Below are positions 55,945-64,000 of a DNA stretch of 64,000 bases, in pieces. Each line of letters starts with the position of its first letter. Within the stretch, counting starts at the first letter, position 1. The stretch comes from an uncultured Gemmatimonadales bacterium (GTDB taxonomy: Bacteria; Gemmatimonadota; Gemmatimonadetes; Gemmatimonadales; GWC2-71-9): NCBI GenBank assembly GCA_963844035.1, contig CAWJMT010000004.1:224001-288000 (forward strand), given 5' to 3'. A program made the translations under genes and the position numbers. The notes under the pieces are model-generated. The model made no database searches. It was not told the DNA's origin and worked only from the letters and a program-made list of their open reading frames with translations.

Positions 55945-56615
55945 GAGGGCCGCGGGTAGCCGCCGAGGTGGTCGGCACGTTCATGCTGGTATTCATAGGA
56001 GGCGGGGCGGCAGCCGTCGACAACTGGTCGCACGGCTCTGTGACCTCGGTCGGGATCAGTTTGGCGTTTGGGTTCGTCATCGTCGCGGGGGTGTACGGGT
56101 TGGGCCACATCTCCGGAGCGCATTTCAACCCGGCCGTGACAGCAGGCTTTTGGCTCAGTGGCAAGTTTCCGCGCGCCGAAGTGCTCCCCTACGTGTCCGC
56201 CCAGATTGTTGGATCGCTGAGCGCCTCCTTGCTGCTGCGGGCGCTGCTCGGCGCGTCCGCCCAGGCCGCCTCCACGATCCCCGCAATCGGTGTAGGGCGA
56301 GGGTTGGTGGTCGAGGTTGTCCTCAGTTTCTTTTTGATGCTCGTGATCATGGCGGTCGCCACGGACGCACGTGTTGCTGGAACGGTGGCGGGCCTGGCCG
56401 TGGGCCTCACTGTGGCGTTCGAGGCGCTGATGGGTGGGCCGTTGAGCGGCGCGAGCATGAACCCCGCGCGGTCGTTCGGCCCCGCGCTCGCGACCGGGAC
56501 GTGGATGGGGCACTGGATCTATTGGATTGGGCCACTGGTTGGCGCAGCCCTCGCCGTGGGCGCATACGACTATTTGCGAAAAGGCACGTCCCATGACTAC
56601 CGCGCCGGATCGTAG
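55941..56615 (+). CDS. MIP family channel (aquaporin/aquaglyceroporin), probable arsenite or methylarsenite route
   Basis: HISGAHFNPAVT and SMNPARSFGPA; lies inside the ars operon. Confidence 0.92.
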   Translation: MRGPRVAAEVVGTFMLVFIGGGAAAVDNWSHGSVTSVGISLAFGFVIVAGVYGLGHISGAHFNPAVTAGFWLSGKFPRAEVLPYVSAQIVGSLSASLLLRALLGASAQAASTIPAIGVGRGLVVEVVLSFFLMLVIMAVATDARVAGTVAGLAVGLTVAFEALMGGPLSGASMNPARSFGPALATGTWMGHWIYWIGPLVGAALAVGAYDYLRKGTSHDYRAGS

Positions 56616-57102
56616 GTTCCGCCTGCTGTTCCTGTGCACCGGCAATTCCGCCCGGAGCCAGATGGCGGAGGCTCTACTGAATATGAAAGGGAAAGGACGG
56701 TTTGAGGCGGCGAGCGCCGGGTCGCGTCCGGCCGCCCGGGTGAATCCTTACGCGATCGACACGTTGCGCGACTACGGCATCCCGTGGGCCGGCCATCCGC
56801 CGCGCAGCGTCGACGGGCTCGAACGCGAGCCGTGGGACTTTGTGATCACGGTGTGCGATCGGGCGAAGGAGTCATGCCCGATCTTCCCCGGCCAGCCGGT
56901 CCTGGCGCACTGGGGTATGCCCGACCCCGCGGAAGTGGAGGGGGACGACGCGGCAAAACGGGCCGCGTTCCGAGACGCGTTCGTGCTCATCAGCCGCCGG
57001 ATCGACCTGCTCCTGGAGCTCCCCCTCAGCAAGCTCAGTCGCCTGGCGCTCGAAGCGCGGCTACGCGCCATCGGAGGCACGGTCACCCAATCAGCTCCTT
57101 GA
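56593..57102 (+). CDS. arsC: thioredoxin-type arsenate reductase (LMW-PTP fold)
   Basis: LFLCTGNSARSQMAE, ITVCDRAKESCPIFPG, HWGMPDP. Confidence 0.93.
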   Translation: MTTAPDRRFRLLFLCTGNSARSQMAEALLNMKGKGRFEAASAGSRPAARVNPYAIDTLRDYGIPWAGHPPRSVDGLEREPWDFVITVCDRAKESCPIFPGQPVLAHWGMPDPAEVEGDDAAKRAAFRDAFVLISRRIDLLLELPLSKLSRLALEARLRAIGGTVTQSAP

Positions 57103-57784
57103 ACTGTAGCGCCAGCTTCGCGCCGATTCCCGATTCCTCGTGTTTAAAGAACACGAACGCATCGGTCCATCCCTGCCCCAGCTCCCGCACCTTCGCTACC
57201 CAGCGCTCCACGTCCTTCTTCTTATAGCCTTCGTCCCGCAGCCGGAAATACCCGAAGTCCGCGGTCACCACGAGGGCGGTGGTGGCCTCCTCAGTGTCGG
57301 CGATGCATAAGGCGGCATTGTGAGCGCGCAGTAGCTCGTACACGTCGGCCGAGAACCACGACGGGTGGCGGAACTCGAACGCGCAGCGCACCCCGGCCGG
57401 GATGAGCGGCAGGAAGTAGCGTAGCCGGTCGATGTCCTTCTTGAAGTTGGGTGGCAGCTGGAACAGCAGCGGTCCGAGCTTCGGGCCCAGGCTGGCCGCC
57501 GTTTCGCAGAAGAACGCCAGCGGCTTGTCCACGAACTTGAGCCGGGAGTCGTGCGTGATGCGTTTTGGTGCCTTCAGCACGAACATGAATTCGGGAGGCG
57601 TGGACTCCGCCCACACTGCGACCGTCTTGGCGCTCGGCGTCCGGTAGAAGGTGTAGTTAATTTCCACCACGGGTAGCTGCGTCGCGTAGTACGCCAGCAT
57701 TTTCCCAGCGGGCAGCTTGTCGGGGTAGAACGTACCTTTCCACTCGGGATAGTTGTAGCCGGACGTACCGACCAGAGTGCGCAT
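57083..57784 (-). CDS. DUF72 family protein
   Basis: VGTSGYNYPEW..FYP, VEINYTFY, KAPKRITH, LFQLPP, FEFRHPSW. Confidence 0.93.
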   Translation of the reverse strand: MRTLVGTSGYNYPEWKGTFYPDKLPAGKMLAYYATQLPVVEINYTFYRTPSAKTVAVWAESTPPEFMFVLKAPKRITHDSRLKFVDKPLAFFCETAASLGPKLGPLLFQLPPNFKKDIDRLRYFLPLIPAGVRCAFEFRHPSWFSADVYELLRAHNAALCIADTEEATTALVVTADFGYFRLRDEGYKKKDVERWVAKVRELGQGWTDAFVFFKHEESGIGAKLALQFKELIG

Positions 57785-57845
57785 CGACACAATGTGCAGG
57801 CTACTGACCGGCGGCGGCAAGCAACCTTCGAGACAGGGGGAGCCC

Positions 57846-58265
57846 ATGCGGGTAAAGCATCTTGTGATCGTCGCGGCAGTGGCCCTCGCTGCAGCCTGCG
57901 AAGACGGGGGGATTGGGACGACGGGCATCAGCGCCTTCGGCGGAACGGGAGGCGCCACCCATCTCGTGTTTACGGTCCAGCCGAGCACCACTGTCGCGGG
58001 CGTGGGGATTGTGCCGGCCGTCAAGGTGACCGCCGCCACGAGCAGCGGGAGCGCCGATCCGACGTTCGTCAGCGCCATCGTTGTGACGCTCGGGACAAAT
58101 CCCGGCGGGGGGAGCCTCTCGGGAACAAGAACGGTCACGGCGAACGCCGGCGTCGCGACTTTCAGCAACCTGAGTATCAGCGCCCCGGGGAATGGCTACA
58201 CGCTCACAGCCAACGCTACGAATCTCGGCTCCGTGACCAGCGTCGCTTTCAGCGTCACTCCTTAA
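57846..58265 (+). CDS. lipoprotein with an Ig-like (Big-1-like) domain
   Basis: LAAAC lipobox; LVFTVQPS, GVATFSNLSI..GNGYTLTA. Confidence 0.75.
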   Translation: MRVKHLVIVAAVALAAACEDGGIGTTGISAFGGTGGATHLVFTVQPSTTVAGVGIVPAVKVTAATSSGSADPTFVSAIVVTLGTNPGGGSLSGTRTVTANAGVATFSNLSISAPGNGYTLTANATNLGSVTSVAFSVTP

Positions 58266-58302
58266 CAACACGGCGGTGGAGGGGCATGTTACTGTTAGAC
58301 CA

Positions 58303-59853
58303 ATGCCGGCCGACCAGAGTGGTCCCCGCCTCTCGAAATCCCGTTTCATGGCCGGCCTCCAGTGTCACAAGCTGCTGTGGTGGAAGGTGCGCGAGCCCTG
58401 GGCTCCCGAGCTCGAGCAGACCCCCGACCACGAGGCCCGGTCAGAGGCGGGAAAACGCGTCGGTGAGGTAGCGCGCGAGTACGTGCCCGGCGGTGAGTTG
58501 GTCCCCTTCAAGCCCTACGAAATCGAGAACAAACTCGCCGCCACGCAGCGGCGCTCGGGACCCGCCACGCCGGGTGCTCTACGAGCCGGGTGTGGCCGCG
58601 AGCGACGCGTACGCCGTGGTGGACATTCTCGAGCGGCGTGAGCGGGGCTTCGGGCTGATCGAGGTGAAATCGAGCATCGACGTGAAGGCCGAGCACATCC
58701 CCGACGTCGCGATGCAGACCTACACCCTGCGTCAGAGCGGCATGACGGTCGAGCGGGTCGAAGTGATGCACTTGAACCGCGAGTGCCGCTATCCCGACCT
58801 GTCGAACCTGTTCGTGCGGCGGGACGTCACCCCGGAGGTCGAGGCGTACCTCCCCGACGGTGCCCGACGCGATCGCCGCGCAGGTCGCGGCCCTCGAGGG
58901 TCCCCTCCCCCAGGTACCGATCGGCGACCACTGCTTCGAGCCGCACGAATGTCCGTTCATGAAGCGCTGCTGGCCCGAGTGGCCGGCCGACCACGTCAGC
59001 ACGTTGTACGTGATGCGGCGCCGTGCGCTCGACCTCGAGGCCAAGGGTTATCGCACGCTGCACGATCTCCCCGGCGACCTGAAACTCAACGCCATCCAGG
59101 TGCGGCAGGTGCGCGCCGTGCAAGCCGGCACGCTCGTCGTGGAAGAGTCGCTCGCCGAAGCACTCGTCCCGTTTCAGGGGCCGCTGGCGTTTCTCGATTT
59201 CGAGACGGTCAGTCCCGCGATCCCGGTGTGGAACGGGTGCCGCCCGTGGGACCAGGTGCCGGTCCAGTTCAGCGTGCACGTGCAGCAGCGCGGCGGCGGC
59301 TACGCGCATCATGAGTGGCTGGCCGAGGGCGGGGCGGACCCGCGCCCGGCGCAGGCCGAGCGGCTGGTGGCGGCTTGCGCGGAAGCGCACGCCATCGTGG
59401 CGTACAACTCCTCGTTCGAGCGCAGCTGCGTCCGGCTACTCGCGGCGGCAGCTCCCGGGCTGGCGCGGGAGCTCGGCCTGATCGAGCTCAAGCTCGTGGA
59501 TCTGCTTCCGGTGGTCCGGAACCACGTGTACCACCCGCAGTTCGCCGGGAGCTTCTCCCTCAAGAGCGTCATCCCGGCGCTGGTGCCGGAGGTGACCTAC
59601 GACGATTTGGAGATCAGGGATGGCGCCGCTGCCACGCTGGCCCTGTGGCGGCTGGTGTTCGAACCCGAGGGTCAGAGCCCGCGAGAGCGCGTCGCTAAGC
59701 GGAGGGCGCTGCTCGCCTACTGCGAGCGGGACAGCTGGGCCACCGTGAAGTTGTTGGAGCGGCTACGCGTGCTGGCCGGCGGCCTGCCGGTCGCCGCTCC
59801 GCGCCCCACTGCGACGCCGCCGGGGCGGGCGGCAGCTGGATCTGGGATTGTAG
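58303..59853 (+). CDS. DUF2779-containing protein (PD-(D/E)XK nuclease-like + RNase H-like; frameshifts)
   Basis: LSKSRFMAGLQC.K.LW; DIL..LIEVKSS, DVAMQ; C..PHECPF..C; FLDFET, PVQFSVH, YNSSFE, SFSLKSV, YCERD; stop inferred at QLDLGL*. Confidence 0.8.
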
Positions 59854-59858
59854 GGAGG

Positions 59859-60416
59859 CTATTTCGCCCGTTCCAGGTACACACCCTGCCGCGGGTCAAC
59901 CCGCACCCGGTCACCTTCGGCGACGAAATCCGGAACCTGCACGGTGACGCCATTGGACAGCTTGGCGGGCTTGGTGCTCGCGGTTTTCGTGGCACTGCGC
60001 ATGACGGGCGACGTTTCGACCACATCGAGCTCGACCACCGAGGGCAGCTCGATCGCGATCGGGCGACCATCGAGCCATTCGACCTTCACGACCATCTCCG
60101 GCTGGAGCCAGGGGCCCGCGTCCAGCACCGTGTCGTCGTCGAGCGTATGCTGGTCGTAGTTCTCCCGGTCCATCACATGGACGCCGCCGGCGTCGCGGTA
60201 CAGGACCTGGAACTCCTTGGTGTCGAGCCGGGCTTCCTCCATAAAGTCGGAGGCGTTGAGGCGCGTGTCGAAGGTGTTCCCGTTGAGCAGATTGCGGAAC
60301 CGCACCTGGACGAACGCGCGCAGATTGCCGGGGGTGCGGTGGGTGAAGTCCATCACCCGGCAAGGCTGGCCGTCGATGATGAGGACGTGCCCCTTGCGGA
60401 CATCGGTTGCCTTCAT
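59859..60416 (-). CDS. efp: translation elongation factor P
   Basis: HRTPGNLRAFV, QVLY.D, MD.ENYDQ, TKPAKLSNG..VQVPDFV.EGD.V.VDPR.G.YLER. Confidence 0.93.
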   Translation of the reverse strand: MKATDVRKGHVLIIDGQPCRVMDFTHRTPGNLRAFVQVRFRNLLNGNTFDTRLNASDFMEEARLDTKEFQVLYRDAGGVHVMDRENYDQHTLDDDTVLDAGPWLQPEMVVKVEWLDGRPIAIELPSVVELDVVETSPVMRSATKTASTKPAKLSNGVTVQVPDFVAEGDRVRVDPRQGVYLERAK

Positions 60417-60631
60417 GGGCGCTGACCGTTCCACTGGGTGAACATCGAGTGTCGTCTCGGCGAATTGGAACGCAGAGAAACAACGGCGCGGGCCCAACCG
60501 AAGCGTCGGGCTCGCGCGGACGAAGAAGATAACCGCACCCGAACCGGGGTAACAGGGGGATGCTTGACGCCGCCGCCGGTCCCGTACATGGTACGCGCCG
60601 CCCGTCTCGACCTGCACGCCGAGGATCCCTG

Positions 60632-62029
60632 ATGACCCAGATCGCCGGTCTCACATGCGCCGCCCTCGTCGCCTGCGCGGCGGTGCTTGCCGGCCAGACC
60701 CGAAGCACGCCCACCGACTCGGCGCGACGAGCTCGGACGGCGGCGGTTACCGATACCAGAAACTCCATCATCGTGGACGCGGCCGCGCGGGTCGCCCCCG
60801 CGGTGGTGAGCGTCAACGTGCTGCGGCGCCAGCGACAGGTCCCGGAAGACCCTTTCGCCATGTTCTTCATGCCGCGCGGGGTTGATAGGCAGGTCGAAGG
60901 GTATGGCTCGGGGGTCATCATCTCGGCGGATGGTGTGGTGATCACCAATCAACATGTGACCAACGGCGCCACCCAGATCGTCGTCACCACGCGCGAGGGC
61001 ACCGACTACCCGGCGAAGCTGCTCGGCGAGGACCCACTGACCGACATCGCGGTCCTCAAGATCGAGGCCACCGGCCTGCCCACCGCAACGCTCGGCCGCA
61101 GCACGGACCTGGCCGTGGGCGAGTGGGTCGTCGCCATCGGGAATCCGTTCGCCTACATGCTGGGGAACTCCGAGCCGAGCGTCACGGCCGGCGTCGTCAG
61201 CGCAGTCGGGCGAAACCTCTTGCCCTCGGGCGACCAGGCCGGCGTGTACGTCGGGATGATCCAGACGGACGCCGCCATCAATCCGGGCAACTCCGGCGGT
61301 CCACTGGTGGACGTGCAGGGTGAAGTGGTGGGCGTGAATAGCTCGATTTTTTCTCCCTCGGGCGGGTCGGTGGGAATCGGCTTCGCGATCCCGATCGAGC
61401 GGGCGCAGCGGGTCGCGACGGAGCTGCGGCGGTTCGGCCACGTACGGCGCCCATGGGTCGGATTGGACGTCGTGGGGGGCGGGGACCTGCGCGAGTGGAA
61501 GCGCACCGGCGGCTTGCGCGTCACCGCGGTCGCCGGCGGCGGCCCGGCGGTACGGGCGGGCCTCGCCGCCGGCGACATCCTGCTCAACGTGCGCGGCCGG
61601 CGGCTCCGCACCTTCCTCGACTGGGAGGCCGTGCTGCTCGACACCGGTCCGGGCGACACGCTCACGGTGGCGTACCGGCGCGAGGGACGCACCCAGACCG
61701 CGCGGCTGGGCGTGACCGATCTGCCGAGCACCGTGGCCGAGAAGGTGCCGATCCTGGGAGACCTGCAGGCGGTGACCCTCACCCCGGCGATCCGCCAGGA
61801 GCGCAGCATCCAGACCGAACGCGGCGCGCTGATCTACAACATGGGCGTCGCTGCGCAGCGCTCCACCGGGCTCCAGGTGGGGGACGTGATCTTCCAGGTC
61901 AACCGGCAGGGGGTGGGGAGCGCGGAGGATCTCAAACGGGTGCTCTCCGCCGCGGCCAATTCGGGACCGGTGACGGTTTGGTTCGAGCGCGGCGGCCAGG
62001 TGGGCCGCACCACGTTTTACGTCCAATGA
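60632..62029 (+). CDS. HtrA/DegP-like serine protease with two PDZ domains
   Basis: GSGVII, ITNQHV, DIAVLK, IQTDAAINPGNSGGPL. Confidence 0.94.
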   Translation: MTQIAGLTCAALVACAAVLAGQTRSTPTDSARRARTAAVTDTRNSIIVDAAARVAPAVVSVNVLRRQRQVPEDPFAMFFMPRGVDRQVEGYGSGVIISADGVVITNQHVTNGATQIVVTTREGTDYPAKLLGEDPLTDIAVLKIEATGLPTATLGRSTDLAVGEWVVAIGNPFAYMLGNSEPSVTAGVVSAVGRNLLPSGDQAGVYVGMIQTDAAINPGNSGGPLVDVQGEVVGVNSSIFSPSGGSVGIGFAIPIERAQRVATELRRFGHVRRPWVGLDVVGGGDLREWKRTGGLRVTAVAGGGPAVRAGLAAGDILLNVRGRRLRTFLDWEAVLLDTGPGDTLTVAYRREGRTQTARLGVTDLPSTVAEKVPILGDLQAVTLTPAIRQERSIQTERGALIYNMGVAAQRSTGLQVGDVIFQVNRQGVGSAEDLKRVLSAAANSGPVTVWFERGGQVGRTTFYVQ

Positions 62030-62598
62030 CGGTCACCCGCTGCGCCTGGGCCGAGTCCGGGCCGCTGATGACCGCCTACCACGACACCGAGTGGGGTGTT
62101 CCGGTCCACGACGACCGCAAGCACTTCGAATTCCTCATTCTCGATGCGTTTCAAGCCGGCCTGTCGTGGGCGATCGTACTCGCCAAACGGGAGAACTTCC
62201 GGCGCGCCTTTGACGGCTTCGATGCGGAGAAGATCGCGCGCTATCGCGCCCCCAAGCTCCGGAAGCTCGCGGCCGACGCCAGCATCATCCGCAACCGCCA
62301 GAAGATCGCCGGGACGGTGCAGAACGCTCGCGCGTTCCTCGCGTTACAGGAGGAGCGCGGGTCGTTCGACGCGTTCGTCTGGGAAGTCGTCGGCGGCGCA
62401 ACCCGCCACAATGCCTGGAAGACGATGCGCCAGGTCCCCGCGACGACCAAGGAATCGGACCGGCTGAGCAAGGCGCTCAAGGAGCGTGGGTTCACGTTCG
62501 TCGGCTCGACAATCTGCTACGCCTACATGCAGGCCGCCGGTTTGGTCAATGATCACCTCGTGTCCTGCTTCCGTCGCGTATCATTGCCGCGGGGTTGA
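62026..62598 (+). CDS. tag: DNA-3-methyladenine glycosylase I
   Basis: RCAW, YHDTEWG, FQAGLSW, IIRNRQKI, GFTFVGSTICYAYMQAAGLVNDHL..C. Confidence 0.95.
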   Translation: MTVTRCAWAESGPLMTAYHDTEWGVPVHDDRKHFEFLILDAFQAGLSWAIVLAKRENFRRAFDGFDAEKIARYRAPKLRKLAADASIIRNRQKIAGTVQNARAFLALQEERGSFDAFVWEVVGGATRHNAWKTMRQVPATTKESDRLSKALKERGFTFVGSTICYAYMQAAGLVNDHLVSCFRRVSLPRG

Positions 62599-62732
62599 AC
62601 CGGACGCGCGCCACGGTGTAGGAACGCGCGTATGGATGCTGCGCCCCGAGAAGTCGAAATGAACGGACAACCCGAACCCGCGTGACGCAGGTCACGCCCT
62701 TCCTGGCACGAGGGCCTTCAGGCCCAGGAGTC

Positions 62733-63590
62733 ATGCACATGGTCAGTCAGAGTCGTATCGTCGCAACCCGCGCGGGCCTGGTGCTCGCGCTTCTCGCCGG
62801 GGCCGCATGCCAGCAGAAGCCCTCGGCGGAAACCCAGGGCAAGCTCTCCGAGCTGAGCAAGGTGTCGGCCGAACGGGACAAGCTGCTCGCGGAAATGGCC
62901 GAGAACGCGAGGATGATGAGCCAGATCAGTGCCGACCTGGCCCGGGTCCGGATTCCGTCCAAGCAGCTCAAGGTCTCGAGCGAGTCGCCCCTCGGGGCGC
63001 AGCGCGACAGCACCGTGCGGAAGATCCGCTACATCACGGCGCGCGTGAAGGAGACCGAGCAGAAGCTGGATCAGAGCCAGGAGCGGATCAAAGAGCTCTC
63101 GACGCTGTCGGACAGCCTGCGCGGCACCCTCCAGGTGACGATGGACAACTATCGCGTCGTCGTCGAGGAGCAGAAGGCGACGATCGTCGCCTTGACGGAC
63201 CAGGTCTCCCAGCTGACCGACACCGTGAACCTGCTCAAGGAGCAGAACAACACGGTGTACTACATCATCGGCACCAAGGACGAGCTGTTGCAGAAGGGCA
63301 TCGTGATTCAAAGCGGTGGCAGCCGATTCCCGCTGCTGTTCGCCAAGGTGGGGCAGACGATCGTCCCGGCCCGCGAGCTCGACCCGTCGGTGTTCACCAA
63401 GATCAACAAGCGCGAAGTGACCGAGATCGCCTTGCCGGGCTCGGATTCGTACCGCATCGCGTCACGGCAGGACCTCCAAGGACTGGCCGAACCTCCGACC
63501 AACGGAGGCCACGTCGCCGGCTCGCTGAAGATCGCGAACCCCGACAGGTTCTGGCTCGGTTCGCGGTTCCTGATCCTCATTCAAGGCTAA
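62733..63590 (+). CDS. coiled-coil lipoprotein
   Basis: AGGAG RBS; AGAAC lipobox; long heptad region; YYIIGTKDEL..KG C-terminal domain. Confidence 0.75.
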   Translation: MHMVSQSRIVATRAGLVLALLAGAACQQKPSAETQGKLSELSKVSAERDKLLAEMAENARMMSQISADLARVRIPSKQLKVSSESPLGAQRDSTVRKIRYITARVKETEQKLDQSQERIKELSTLSDSLRGTLQVTMDNYRVVVEEQKATIVALTDQVSQLTDTVNLLKEQNNTVYYIIGTKDELLQKGIVIQSGGSRFPLLFAKVGQTIVPARELDPSVFTKINKREVTEIALPGSDSYRIASRQDLQGLAEPPTNGGHVAGSLKIANPDRFWLGSRFLILIQG

Positions 63591-63599
63591 GGGCTGTCC

Positions 63600-63635
63600 G
63601 AGGGCCCGCGCCAAACGGCGCGGGCCCTCTTGTTT
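63600..63635 (+). terminator. intrinsic terminator
   Basis: GAGGGCCCGCGCC-aaac-GGCGCGGGCCCTC-TTGTTT. Confidence 0.8.
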
Positions 63636-63723
63636 CAGTCCCACGCATCGTTCGCAACCCTTGACCGAACCAGCCTCGAGCGCGAAGTTCGCCCCCCTGA
63701 CCCATGACCCGCGAGGTGTTGCT

Positions 63724-64000
63724 ATGAAAGCGAAGTTCGCCGTACTACTGGCCATGTTGCCGTTGTCGGCCGCCGCGGTGCATTGGCGCGCACCGGGGGA
63801 GGCATCGGATGAATCGGTGTTCGTACGTAACCTTCAGCCCGGCCAGCACGAGTCCCTGCTCTACGTGTGGACGAGCGACGCCGACGGGAAGAACCCCGAC
63901 TTCGTGACCGTGATCGACGCTGAGCCCGCCTCGTCGACCTACGCGACGGTGGTCGCCACCGCGCCGACCGACTCTCTGGCCAACGAGGCGCACCACTTCG
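63724..64000 (+). CDS. selenium-binding protein (SBP56 / methanethiol oxidase-like), N-terminal part, frameshifted and cut by the window edge
   Basis: Signal peptide MKAKFAVLLAML; LYVWTSDADGKNPDFVTVIDAEPASSTYATVV...NEAHHF. Confidence 0.7.
   Translation, partial: MKAKFAVLLAMLPLSAAAVHWRAPGEASDESVFVRNLQPGQHESLLYVWTSDADGKNPDFVTVIDAEPASSTYATVVATAPTDSLANEAHHF

Noticed and set aside
58303..59000. Cas4-like motif as evidence of a CRISPR system
   Set aside because: No repeat-spacer array or other cas genes in the window; the domain is part of a DUF2779 protein.
59854..60425. Long C-terminal extension of the DUF2779 ORF overlapping efp
   Set aside because: It is the antisense of efp; a frameshift near 59800-59830 that skips the real stop explains it.

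Overview
A GC-rich bacterial chromosomal window with about 70 genes and no rRNA, tRNA, CRISPR array or transposase. Gene content and style suggest Gemmatimonadota, but that is an inference. About 25 genes are split by 1-nt frameshifts, probably long-read or MAG consensus errors rather than real pseudogenes. Recognisable content: argJ, pruA, aguB-aguA, gltB-gltD, succinate-semialdehyde dehydrogenase, dinB, a divergent ychF, Ku/LigD NHEJ, an arsR-arsM-aquaporin-arsC operon, efp, an HtrA protease, tag, two ECF sigma modules, several two-component genes, tandem phosphoesterases and transporters. The top candidate for a new system is a two-gene operon at 14871-17548. Its first membrane protein carries both PmoC/AmoC-type copper-site motifs (DxxWH-x12-H and DxWxH-x13-H) followed by a PmoA-like C-terminal half. 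Its second protein has a PmoB-like layout (signal peptide, N-terminal His, beta domain, 2 TM helices, His-rich periplasmic domains). Together they suggest a divergent copper membrane monooxygenase-like complex. Also notable: a leader-peptide attenuator before gltBD, a terminator-containing leader before a sensor-less histidine kinase, an ECF sigma with a CBM48-bearing anti-sigma, and an EF-P with Asn at the loop tip.
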